A stretch of DNA of 64,000 nucleotides from Chloroflexia bacterium (GTDB lineage Bacteria; Chloroflexota; Chloroflexia; QHBQ01; JADMIH01). Location of the stretch: positions 1,628 to 65,627 of the forward strand of contig DASVRN010000269.1 in NCBI GenBank assembly GCA_036388595.1, read 5' to 3'. Shown piece by piece: positions 1 through 8,403 of the stretch; the stretch's first letter is position 1, and each line of letters starts with the position of its first letter. A program made the position numbers and the translations under genes. Below the pieces are notes generated by a model that was not told the origin of the DNA, did not search any database, and was given only the letters and a program-made list of their open reading frames with translations.

Positions 1-470
1 CGCTCGACCGCCTCGACCGTCTCGGCAGCCTCACCATGCCCCGGCATGATCTCGGTAGCCATTACCGCGCCTACAAGGTCGTGCTCGAAGAAGCGGGAAC
101 GGCCTTCCGGCGTCTCGATATATGTCGGCCCTTTACCGATATCGTGCATCAACGCGGCCCACCTCCTGATTAGTGTAGGCTCGATGGCATCCACCACCTT
201 CAGGGTGTGGATGAAGGCGTTGTCACGGTGCGCCGAAAGCTGTGGGACGTTTCGCAGGTAGTCCAGGTCGCTCAGGATGCCCACAAGGACGCCCTCATCC
301 GCCCAGCGAGCAAAGGTGTCGGAGGGGCGCTCCGAAAGCAGGGCTTCGCGCACGGTAGGCTCCGACGCTTCAGGCACCGCCTCCGTCTGCGAATCTAGCT
401 TGTTCTTGAGCCATGCAAACATGATAGTTGGCAGGTTCACTCCCGGCTCACGCCGCGACACGGCCCGCAT
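1..470 (-). CDS. HD-domain phosphohydrolase, 3' part of the gene lies outside the window; start at ATG 470 or 422
   Basis: Manual minus-strand translation gives ...HTLKVVDAIEPTLIRRWAALMHDIGKGPTYIETPEGRSRFFEHDLVGAVMATEIM..., the classic H..HD motif of the HD superfamily; an in-frame stop lies at 477-479 upstream. Confidence 0.5.
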   Translation of the reverse strand, partial: MRAVSRREPGVNLPTIMFAWLKNKLDSQTEAVPEASEPTVREALLSERPSDTFARWADEGVLVGILSDLDYLRNVPQLSAHRDNAFIHTLKVVDAIEPTLIRRWAALMHDIGKGPTYIETPEGRSRFFEHDLVGAVMATEIMPGHGEAAETVEAVE

Positions 471-685
471 TGTCCTCTACGCAGGCTTCCTGGTTACCGC
501 TGATGACGAGCTCAGCGAAAGTGCAGGGTGCTATGTAAAGCACTACTGCAAGGGATGTGCCTAACGGAGTTCAAGTGCGCGTCTGGTAGGAAAACCGGGC
601 AGGTAGGGAGAGTATTGTCAGCCGCATTGATGGGGCCAGCAACAAGGGCAAGGGCAAGACTTCAGGTAGGACATTGCTGGCTGGC

Positions 686-1096
686 TTAGCTAACCGCCTC
701 CCTGAGCTTCTCCATGCTGCCGTCTCCGCGCTGCCTCACGGCTTCGAGGAAGTAATCTATGACGCCATCCCCAAAGTCCTCGAAGAGGCCGTTGACGACG
801 CCTCGGACCACGTAACGCTGGAAATCGCCACGCGACAGGGTGGGCGTATAGACGTAGCTGGAGTTGGTGGTGTCCTGGTTGAGCAGGTGCTTCTTGGCGA
901 GGCGGCTCATAGTGGTCATCACGGTGGTGTAGGCTATGTCCTTCTTCTCGCGAAGGGCCTTGTGCACAGTGCTCACAGTGGCGCTGCCCTGCGACCAGAC
1001 CACCTCCATGATGTCATCTTCGAGCGGGCCAAGTACCTTGCTCGAACGTTCCGATGAGGGGTTGAACCGGAATTTTATGTCCTGGGAGGTGTTCAT
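686..1096 (-). CDS. BlaI/MecI/CopY-family winged-helix transcriptional repressor; start placed at internal ATG (MNTSQ) preceded by GGAGCAGGA
   Basis: Translation ...DIMEVVWSQGSATVSTVHKALREKKDIAYTTVMTTMSRLAKKHLL... matches the penicillinase-repressor fold; size about 136 aa. Confidence 0.6.
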   Translation of the reverse strand: MNTSQDIKFRFNPSSERSSKVLGPLEDDIMEVVWSQGSATVSTVHKALREKKDIAYTTVMTTMSRLAKKHLLNQDTTNSSYVYTPTLSRGDFQRYVVRGVVNGLFEDFGDGVIDYFLEAVRQRGDGSMEKLREAVS

Positions 1097-1235
1097 TTCC
1101 TGCTCCTGATACACAAAAAGGATACGCGGAAGCAAAAGCTTCCATCGCCGTGCGCCATTGAGCAGGAAGTGAGAGGCCAGGAAAAGGCATCCGGCAAGTT
1201 CATTTTACCACGAGTCGTACAGGCACGCTAGGGGA

Positions 1236-1418
1236 GGACGATGGACGATGGACGATGGACGATGGACGATGGACGATGGTAGGAGACGAAAACGCCAAGA
1301 CGCAAAGGACGCGCAGAGATTAGGGTTGTTTGGGAAGGGTGCTATCTTCTACTTGGTCCTCAGTCCTCAGACCTCAGTCCTCATCACTCCTATCGTCCAT
1401 CGTCCATCGTCCGTCGTC
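1236..1418. repeat. MITE-like intergenic element, copy A: (GATGGAC)n heptamer run at left end, (GTCCATC)n at right end, conserved internal core
   Basis: Seen directly: gacgatggacgatggacgatggacgatgg...ggagacgaaaacgccaagacgcaaaggacg...ctcatcactcctatcgtccatcgtccatcgtcc; second copy at 15544-15703. Confidence 0.6.
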
Positions 1419-2862
1419 ACCTTACGTCGTCGGTGTTGTCGCCGAGGCCGCGCGGGTCGGCGGTACCGGGGATGTCGGTGCCTGAGCTGGCCTGGGAGTC
1501 GTCGGTAGGGGTGACGGCGTAGGTTGGCGCGGTATCGACGTCGCTGTTGGAATAGAGGTCGGTGCGGTCTACCTCCTGGCGAGTGCCGGGGCCGTAGCTT
1601 GGGCCTGCTTCGTAGACGTCCACCGTGGCGGGGTCCTGCTGGATGGGCACGGCATCGGTGTCGGTGCGGGCGTACTTGTCCTCCACCGTGGCATCGCGCT
1701 CGTCACCTTGGAGCGACTCCTGCGAGTCAGTGGAGGCCCTACCGCCCATCTCGTACGCCGCCGTATCGGGGGTCGAGCCACGGAAGTCGCCCGACTGGCT
1801 GGCCTGCTCGCCGCCCGCGGTGCCGGTGCCTATGGTAGAGCCGGAGGTACCGTGCCCCGTGGTGACAGGTGTCCCGGCTGTGCCGAAAGTGCCTGTGTCC
1901 GGGTTGATGGCACCCTGAGTGCCTGTCGCCGTGTTCGGATTGGTGCCCTCTGGATTTTCGTTCACGTTGCTATCCTCCTGTCGTTCCAGGTTCGCAATGT
2001 CGGCCCAGGTCTCTTCGTCCTCGGTCAGCCCCGAATATGTCGTCGGCGCGGCATCGGCCTCGGCGGTTGTGGGTGGGTCGGGCAGCGACTCGTACCAGCC
2101 CGCTTCGCCGGTGCTTGCCTCCACGTCGCGCTCTACTTCTTCCTCGGTTGTTACATCGTCAGCCTGCTCGGGCCGGTCGTCACGAGGCTCGTCATCTGCC
2201 ATCCAGGTACCTTGCATATCAGGCTCCTCATCGTCGCGAACCAGTGCCTGCAACCCGCTGAAATCCACGAGCGATGGGGTTGCAGGTTCGGCTTCGTCTA
2301 ATTGCGCGGCCGTAAAGCCGACTACGGGCGTAGGTTCGACTACAGGTGCGCTCGTGACTGCTTCAGTACGCACTTCCCGTCCCCCGCTCGACGCCAGCAG
2401 CTCCTCGACGTACCGCGAGTCAGCTGTGGCGGGCGTACGCACCTGCACCAAAAAGCCGCCTTCCGCGCTGTCCTCCGCTTCTTGTGAGGCCGGGATGCTC
2501 AGCCCCGCCAACCCTCCAACGAGGCCGCCTATGATTGCCCCAAGAAGCATGCCGGTGAGAGTGGCGGCGATCGAGCTGACGCCTGAAGTGGGGCCTTGCC
2601 CCGGCTGTGCCATGCTCCCCAGAGCCATGAACCAGGCTGCCGCGCCTCCCAGCATGGCCCCCAACAATGCGCCAAGCCCCGCAGCGACCAGGACATTCGA
2701 GCCGAGGTCGCGCCCTATCCGGTTTTCGTGTTCGGTGGCTCGCATGACGACGGAGATGTCCTCTGCGGCGTGACCCCTCGAACCCAGGGCTTCCAGCGCG
2801 TCCTCCGCGTCCTCTTCGGTCCGGAAGGCGGCGACTACGGTGCCACCCGGCTCTCTTGACAT
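1417..2862 (-). CDS. YflT/general-stress-protein-like N-domain plus glycine-zipper membrane segment plus about 330-aa acidic T/P/G/D/E-rich disordered tail; start at second ATG (MSREP) because GGAGG lies 9 nt upstream
   Basis: N-terminus GTVVAAFRTEEDAEDALEALGSRGHAAEDISVVM resembles the YflT heat-stress domain; GLGALLGAMLGGAAAWF...LTGMLLGAIIGGLVGGLAGL are glycine zippers; the remainder is low complexity. Confidence 0.5.
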   Translation of the reverse strand: MSREPGGTVVAAFRTEEDAEDALEALGSRGHAAEDISVVMRATEHENRIGRDLGSNVLVAAGLGALLGAMLGGAAAWFMALGSMAQPGQGPTSGVSSIAATLTGMLLGAIIGGLVGGLAGLSIPASQEAEDSAEGGFLVQVRTPATADSRYVEELLASSGGREVRTEAVTSAPVVEPTPVVGFTAAQLDEAEPATPSLVDFSGLQALVRDDEEPDMQGTWMADDEPRDDRPEQADDVTTEEEVERDVEASTGEAGWYESLPDPPTTAEADAAPTTYSGLTEDEETWADIANLERQEDSNVNENPEGTNPNTATGTQGAINPDTGTFGTAGTPVTTGHGTSGSTIGTGTAGGEQASQSGDFRGSTPDTAAYEMGGRASTDSQESLQGDERDATVEDKYARTDTDAVPIQQDPATVDVYEAGPSYGPGTRQEVDRTDLYSNSDVDTAPTYAVTPTDDSQASSGTDIPGTADPRGLGDNTDDVR

Positions 2863-2994
2863 TGTGACTGCCTCCACAGGTCTTCAGCTCGGTTACGGAG
2901 CTTGCGATAGTAGGAGACATGATACCACAACCGACCGTGAGCGTGTCGAGTGCAACATTCGTGCCCCTCGTCATCGTTTGCCACTACCGGGGAT

Positions 2995-3030
2995 TGGTTC
3001 TAGTCGCAGGCGAATACTGGTGCTATAATC
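2995..3030 (+). promoter_or_regulatory. Candidate promoter for comEC with TGcTATAAT (TG at 3021-3022; -10 hexamer at 3024-3029); weak -35
   Basis: ggtgctataatc 27 nt upstream of the comEC ATG. Confidence 0.3.
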
Positions 3031-3055
3031 GCCGCAATATTGAGCAGGTGGTGTA

Positions 3056-4648
3056 ATGAACTCGATTGGCTTCGTAGTGGCCTGGATTGCCGGTTGTACG
3101 GCCGGACTGGTGCTGCATCTCTCGCGACCGGAGGGGCTGGACAAGACGTTCGGCACCTGGGTGCTAGGTCTCGCTGCCCTGGCGGTTATACCCCTGGCGT
3201 TGGGCTGGCGGGAGAAACGCCTGCGCTGGGCCGGGTTGTGGCTCCTTGCGTTACTGGCAGGTGCCGGTCGTACCCTGCTCATACATTCCCCGGCCGGACC
3301 GAGCGATCTTGCGTATTACAACGGCACCGAGGACTCGGCGCACGTGCGAATCACAGCAATCGTGAGCGCCGAACCAGTCTATCGGGATCGCTCCCAACGG
3401 CTGAGACTTTCCGCTAAATCCCTTGTCCGCGAGGGCGACAGCACCGCGGTGCCGGTCTCAGGGGATATGCTGACTCTCTTGCCCCGTTACCCTACCTACT
3501 ATGTGGGCGAGCAGCTTACCCTCTCGGGCAAGCTAACGGTACCCCCCCAGGTTGAGGACTTCGATTACGCAAGCTACCTAGCGCGCCAGGGCGTGTACTC
3601 GTATATGCTGTTCCCGGCGGTAATCGACCGTCGCGCAGGCACTGACGGCGGGCTGCTTGGGCCAATCTCCTTCACCCGTAATGCGGTGCGGCAGGCGTTG
3701 CGAGAGGGCTTGCCGGAGCCACAGGCCGCCCTCGTGATAGGCGTCGTCACCGGGGACCGGACCGGCATCCCCGAAGAATTGCAGGAAGCATTTACCAGGA
3801 GCGGCACGAGCCACATCCTAGCTATTTCAGGGCAAAACATTTCGATGCTCGTCGGCCTCGTATTCCTGGTCTACGGCGGGAAAGAGAGGCGAAAGATGCC
3901 ACTCTGGCTGCTGGGGACCGTGCTGGCGCTGCTGGCAGCCTACACCGTCTTCACCGGCGCGACACCTGCCGTGGTGAGAGCCTCGGTGATGAGTGCCGTG
4001 TTGCTGGCGTCGCAGGTGGCGGGCAGGCGGTTCGATCCAATTTCGGCGCTGGCGGTATCGGCAGCCTTGATGTCGGTGGTGGACCCGGACCTGCTGCTCG
4101 ATGTGGGATTCCTGCTGAGTTTCGCCGCGATGGTTGGCTTGGTGCAGATTGCTCCATTGGTCTTGAGGGTGCTGGACAAAGCGAAGGTGCCGCAACTCCT
4201 GGGCGTACCTCTATCCGCGAGCTTAGGGGCGCAACTGAGCACCGCGCCTCTAATACTCCTCTTCACCGGGCGTTTCTCGACAGTGTCGCCGCTGGCTACT
4301 CTCACCACGGAGTTCATGCTGCTACCGCTCATGCTCGCGGGTATCGCCGGAGGTCTTGCGGGCGCAATGTTCGGGCAGGTAGGCTCTCTGGTGTCATTGT
4401 TAGCCTGGCCTCCCGCTACCTGGATGATCGAGTCGGTACGTTGGTGGGCGAGCCTGCCCGCTGCTTCGTTGGAGGTCGGGGAGGTAGGTCTGCCGTGGGT
4501 TGTGGGCTATTACCTGCTGGTGGCGCTCTGCATCTGGTGGTTGCGCGAAGGACGGCTCCGCTTCAAGATACGCCCTCGCGAGTTGGCACTTGCGGCGGGC
4601 GCGGTAACTGTGTGGACCCTGTTCCTGGCCCTTCTAGTGAGTCCCTAA
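3056..4648 (+). CDS. comEC: ComEC/Rec2-family DNA internalization channel protein (DUF4131 plus competence domain; no C-terminal metallo-beta-lactamase domain)
   Basis: Polytopic protein; conserved competence-domain motif TRSGTSHILAISGQNISMLVGL and OB-like N region typical of ComEC. Confidence 0.7.
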   Translation: MNSIGFVVAWIAGCTAGLVLHLSRPEGLDKTFGTWVLGLAALAVIPLALGWREKRLRWAGLWLLALLAGAGRTLLIHSPAGPSDLAYYNGTEDSAHVRITAIVSAEPVYRDRSQRLRLSAKSLVREGDSTAVPVSGDMLTLLPRYPTYYVGEQLTLSGKLTVPPQVEDFDYASYLARQGVYSYMLFPAVIDRRAGTDGGLLGPISFTRNAVRQALREGLPEPQAALVIGVVTGDRTGIPEELQEAFTRSGTSHILAISGQNISMLVGLVFLVYGGKERRKMPLWLLGTVLALLAAYTVFTGATPAVVRASVMSAVLLASQVAGRRFDPISALAVSAALMSVVDPDLLLDVGFLLSFAAMVGLVQIAPLVLRVLDKAKVPQLLGVPLSASLGAQLSTAPLILLFTGRFSTVSPLATLTTEFMLLPLMLAGIAGGLAGAMFGQVGSLVSLLAWPPATWMIESVRWWASLPAASLEVGEVGLPWVVGYYLLVALCIWWLREGRLRFKIRPRELALAAGAVTVWTLFLALLVSP

Positions 4649-4836
4649 CGTACCGTTCCATACCGTTTTCGCAAGGAGATTGCACTCCTAATACTTTGGC
4701 GCTACCGGACACAGGACTTAAGGTGCCGCGACTATTACCCAATCGTCTCTTCCCGCCGCCCGTACCATCATGTATAATCCTCAACATAACTCTCTTTACC
4801 GGCTCGTCCCGCACCATTGATGAAGGACTGTCATTG

Positions 4837-7341
4837 ATGTCGCGTTTCACCCGAGCATTCACAGCCTCAGCCCTGGTATTGCTGGTGGCTGCGTCTGTGT
4901 TTTCACCAACCTACTTCAATGCCAACTCCAGCGTCCCTAGGGCGCAGGCGGCAGCGGCATACGCACCCGACCCAGGCTCTCCCTTCGGAATCGCCGGTGT
5001 GATGCGCTGGCCGGAGTGGGGTACTTTCAGCCGCCCCGCCGACGCGTTCATGGAGACGGGCGCTTCCTGGGTGAGGGAGGACTTCGCCTGGGGCCTGATA
5101 CAGCCTACCGAGCAGAAGTACGAGTGGACCGCCACCGACCGGATAGTAGGCGAGCTAGCCACGCGCAAGGTAAACGTGCTCGGCATCATCTCCTACTCGG
5201 TCAACTGGGCCACCCCCACGAAGGAAGACGACAAGCAACCATCCGCCCTCTCGTTCTACCCGCCCGATCATGCGAAGTATGCCCATTTCGTGCGCACGCT
5301 GGTGTCACGCTACAAGGGCACCGTGAAGCACTGGGAGATCTGGAACGAGCCGGACAACTCTATGTTCTGGAAGCCCAAGCCCAACGCCCGCGAATACGCC
5401 GAGTTGCTGAAGGTGGCCTACAAGGCGGTCAAGCAGGCCGATCCCACGGCCAAGGTGCTCTCCGGCGGCGTGTCGGGTAACGCGGTGCCTTACCTCGAAG
5501 AGATGATGTCGGCAGGGGCAGGTGGTAGCTTCGACATACTGGCCTTGCACCCTTACGCGGTACCCCTGAACCCCGCGAACGCCCGCGCCGAAAGCCGCCC
5601 CGAAGTGCACAAGATGGTGGACGTGGAGCTAACCAAGTACCGCGCCTTCCTGGAGAGACATGGCATCAAGCGGCCGGTCTGGGTCACCGAGATGGGCTGG
5701 CCCGCGCTCGACTGGGGCCTGGACGAGGCGGCGCAGGCCGATTACATGGCGCAGGCATACGCGCAGATGCTCGCCAGCGGACTTGTAGAGCGCATCTTCT
5801 GGTACAGCTTCAAGGACGACTCGGAGCGTCCTACCCAGACGTGGGGTATGCTCGGCTGGGGCGCGGGTAAGACCGACCTGGCACCCCGCCGTGCCTCCTT
5901 CGCGACTTATGCCACCCTCTCGCGCATGCTCAAATTCACCAAGCCTGGGGGCAGGTTCCAACTGGGGCAGTTCGCCATAGTAGAAGGGTTCGAGTCGCCC
6001 GCGACCTGGCAGCGCTCGTTCCACACGGAAGGCAGCATGCTCGCAGCTACCGGACTGGCGCGGGATGGCACCGGGGCGGGCAAGCTCGAATACAACTTCA
6101 GCGCCCCCAACCAGGCGGTAGACTTCGCGCCCGGTAATCCGCTACCGCTGCCCGGCAATCCGACGCGGCTAGGGCTGTGGGTGAAAGGCGACAACTCCGG
6201 CAATTACCTGTCAGCGTGGCTCAAGGACAAGGATGGAGAGCTATTCAAGGTCCGATTAGGTGCCGTATCCAGCGTAGGCGATGGTTGGCGGTACTACGAG
6301 TCGCGAGTGAACAACTACTACTTCGACTGGGAGCGCGCGGGTGGCGAGCCTCCCAACGGCAAGCCCGACTACCCGCTGCACTTCATCGGCTTCCGCCTGG
6401 AAAACACGCCGGACGAGCCGCCCGGCAAAGGCACGGTGCTGGTGGACGACCTGCAATCGTACGACGGCCCCGACGTGAGCGCCGTCCGCTTCACGCGAAC
6501 TGACGGGCAGGTAGTGGACGTGCTGTGGTCTGTAGACCCCACGGGGGTGCAGCTTGCCACAGGCTCCCCGAGGGCCACGGTGGTGGACCGCAACGGCAAA
6601 GAGACGCAACTGTCGGCCAAAGATGGGGCGCTCTCCCTGAAGGTGTCCAGCAGTCCGATCTACGTTGTGCATAAGCCTGGGGAGATTTCCAGGGCAGGGG
6701 AATCGCCTGCGTCAGGTGCTACGGGTGACGCCCAGGCGCCACCGAAGATGGAGCGCCTGCCGCTATGCGCCTACACAGACCGAGTCGAGGCCGAACAGGA
6801 GCCGGACAACCTTTACTTCCAAGAAACAGGGCACAACCTGGGCGGTGTCTTCCGGCAGTACTGGGAGAGCCACGGCGGGGTGCAAATTCTCGGGTACCCA
6901 CTGACTGAGGTGTTTACCGCGCCTTCCTCGGACGGCAAGTCGTACCGGCAACAGTACTTCGAGCGCGCGAGGCTGGAGCACCACCCGGAGAACTCGCCGC
7001 CCTACGACGTGCAGGTGGGACTCCTGGGCATGTGGGTCACGGACGGGCGCGCCTTCCCTAGCTCCCACGCGCCCACGACCGCGGGTGAGTACTTCCCACT
7101 GACGGGGCAGAGCCTGGGCCTATTCCAGGAGTGGTGGCGGGCGCATGGGGGCCTGGCGGTGTTTGGATATCCGATATCAGCCGAGCTTCAGGAGCGCAAC
7201 GCGGCTGACGGTAAGACCTACACCGTGCAGTACTTCGAGCGCAACCGCCTTGAATACCACCCCGAAAACAAAGGCACCAACGCCGAGGTGCTGCTTGGGT
7301 TGCTAGGCGTGGAGTACTTGAACAAGCAGGGCTGCCAATAG
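4837..7341 (+). CDS. Secreted clan GH-A (TIM-barrel, GH5/GH39-like) glycoside hydrolase with a beta-sandwich domain and three C-terminal LGFP-type repeats; start at ATG 4837 (signal peptide MSRFTRAFTASALVLLVAASVF), not the listed 4441
   Basis: HWEIWNEPD catalytic acid/base motif; three about 55-aa repeats YFQETGHNLGGVFRQYWESHGGVQILGYPLTE.../YFPLTGQSLGLFQEWWRAHGGLAVFGYPISAE.../YTVQYFERNRLEYHPEN; the upstream in-frame stretch overlaps comEC and lacks coding character. Confidence 0.6.
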   Translation: MSRFTRAFTASALVLLVAASVFSPTYFNANSSVPRAQAAAAYAPDPGSPFGIAGVMRWPEWGTFSRPADAFMETGASWVREDFAWGLIQPTEQKYEWTATDRIVGELATRKVNVLGIISYSVNWATPTKEDDKQPSALSFYPPDHAKYAHFVRTLVSRYKGTVKHWEIWNEPDNSMFWKPKPNAREYAELLKVAYKAVKQADPTAKVLSGGVSGNAVPYLEEMMSAGAGGSFDILALHPYAVPLNPANARAESRPEVHKMVDVELTKYRAFLERHGIKRPVWVTEMGWPALDWGLDEAAQADYMAQAYAQMLASGLVERIFWYSFKDDSERPTQTWGMLGWGAGKTDLAPRRASFATYATLSRMLKFTKPGGRFQLGQFAIVEGFESPATWQRSFHTEGSMLAATGLARDGTGAGKLEYNFSAPNQAVDFAPGNPLPLPGNPTRLGLWVKGDNSGNYLSAWLKDKDGELFKVRLGAVSSVGDGWRYYESRVNNYYFDWERAGGEPPNGKPDYPLHFIGFRLENTPDEPPGKGTVLVDDLQSYDGPDVSAVRFTRTDGQVVDVLWSVDPTGVQLATGSPRATVVDRNGKETQLSAKDGALSLKVSSSPIYVVHKPGEISRAGESPASGATGDAQAPPKMERLPLCAYTDRVEAEQEPDNLYFQETGHNLGGVFRQYWESHGGVQILGYPLTEVFTAPSSDGKSYRQQYFERARLEHHPENSPPYDVQVGLLGMWVTDGRAFPSSHAPTTAGEYFPLTGQSLGLFQEWWRAHGGLAVFGYPISAELQERNAADGKTYTVQYFERNRLEYHPENKGTNAEVLLGLLGVEYLNKQGCQ

Positions 7342-7358
7342 TAAGTCGCTGCCCCTCG

Positions 7359-8105
7359 TCAACGCGCCAACTGCCCGCGCAAGGTGCGCACCGCCAGGCT
7401 TCCGAGGCAAGGGCGCTTCTCGGCGCGACGTAGCGGCCAGACGTGCGCTTCCATGAAGTGGGAGTAGTGCAGCAATGCGTCTGCTCCGTCCACCTGCAAG
7501 CCATATGCAAGTGCCATGCTGTTCTCGCGGAAAGTTGCGCGGGCGGATTGCAGGTCCCACTTCGGGTGCTCTATGTCGCAGCGCCGGACCCTACCCTGGC
7601 TCACAGAGTAGTAGCAATAGCGCTCGGTGAGCCACTTTTGTAGATGTATGCTGCCAGCATTAGGGGTGCTTCGACCTTCTCCCATCGGCGCATAAGTCAC
7701 GTCCAGCCGCGCCTCCGGTAGGCCGCGCTCTATCCGGCGGCTCTTGAAGTAGAAGCCGTCCGCGTCCTTGCCGTAATGGATTTCGGCGTTGTAATAATTG
7801 AGGCCATACCAGGGGCGGGCAATCGCAACGGCTAACGGGTTGTCGGCGTCCAGGCTCAAGAAATAGACACCCGGCTGCCCCTGATAGGTCACATAGGTGC
7901 GGATGTTGACCTCCGGGAAGGAAGCTACGGCTTTTACTTCAGGCAAGCCCCGCAGCTTGATGCCGCTCAAGCGGAACACCACCAACCCCAGCCACACCTC
8001 TCCGGCAAAGGTATCGAGGTCCAGTTCCGGTGGAACGGCTTGGCGCAAGATGTCAGGACTAACGGGCCAGTGGGCAAACAGGAGATGGTGCCAACGCTGC
8101 CGCAT
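7359..8105 (-). CDS. DUF2071 (YqjF-like) family protein; start placed at MRQRWHHLLFAHWPV
   Basis: The N-terminal motif MRQRWHxLLFAHWPV and overall length fit DUF2071. Confidence 0.5.
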   Translation of the reverse strand: MRQRWHHLLFAHWPVSPDILRQAVPPELDLDTFAGEVWLGLVVFRLSGIKLRGLPEVKAVASFPEVNIRTYVTYQGQPGVYFLSLDADNPLAVAIARPWYGLNYYNAEIHYGKDADGFYFKSRRIERGLPEARLDVTYAPMGEGRSTPNAGSIHLQKWLTERYCYYSVSQGRVRRCDIEHPKWDLQSARATFRENSMALAYGLQVDGADALLHYSHFMEAHVWPLRRAEKRPCLGSLAVRTLRGQLAR

Positions 8106-8239
8106 GATCCAGGGGCCTGTGCGCAGGGGGCTTGGTGCAGTTCCAGGACGCCGGTCGCTCGCCATTGATGCCCTCCTTCCTGGTGGCCCGGTGCCACTTC
8201 CTCACTGGACAAGCTTCAATGTGTTCCCCACAGCTAGAT

Positions 8240-8266
8240 TGTGATATTACTCACAAGTACTTGTGA
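8240..8266. promoter_or_regulatory. Candidate CRP/FNR-family operator: TGTGA-tattac-TCACA-agtact-TGTGA (three half-sites at 6-nt spacing; contains the perfect 16-bp palindrome TCACAAGTACTTGTGA)
   Basis: Seen directly in the AT-rich divergent region between the DUF2071 gene (-) and tatD (+). Confidence 0.45.
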
Positions 8267-8403
8267 TTTATTGTACAATTAATCTTCTGTTAATGCAATA
8301 CCTTTTGCAGTTGAATGTCCCAGCAAGGTGTGGTACGATACACCGCACCCGCCATCCCAGGCAGGTGCTAAGGGCACGTATAGTGTTGTGAGGACCCCCG
8401 CCC

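Noticed and set aside
1236-1418. Possibility that the GATGGAC heptamer arrays are a CRISPR array
   Set aside because: Units are 7 bp with no spacers, only two loci, inverted copies at the two ends of each element, and no cas genes; this is consistent with TIRs of a small repeat element, not CRISPR
1708-2773. Several 200-284-aa plus-strand ORFs (1708-2301, 1919-2773) opposite the YflT-like gene
   Set aside because: Ser/Ala/Arg-rich low complexity without motifs; mirror images of the low-complexity acidic tail coded on the minus strand
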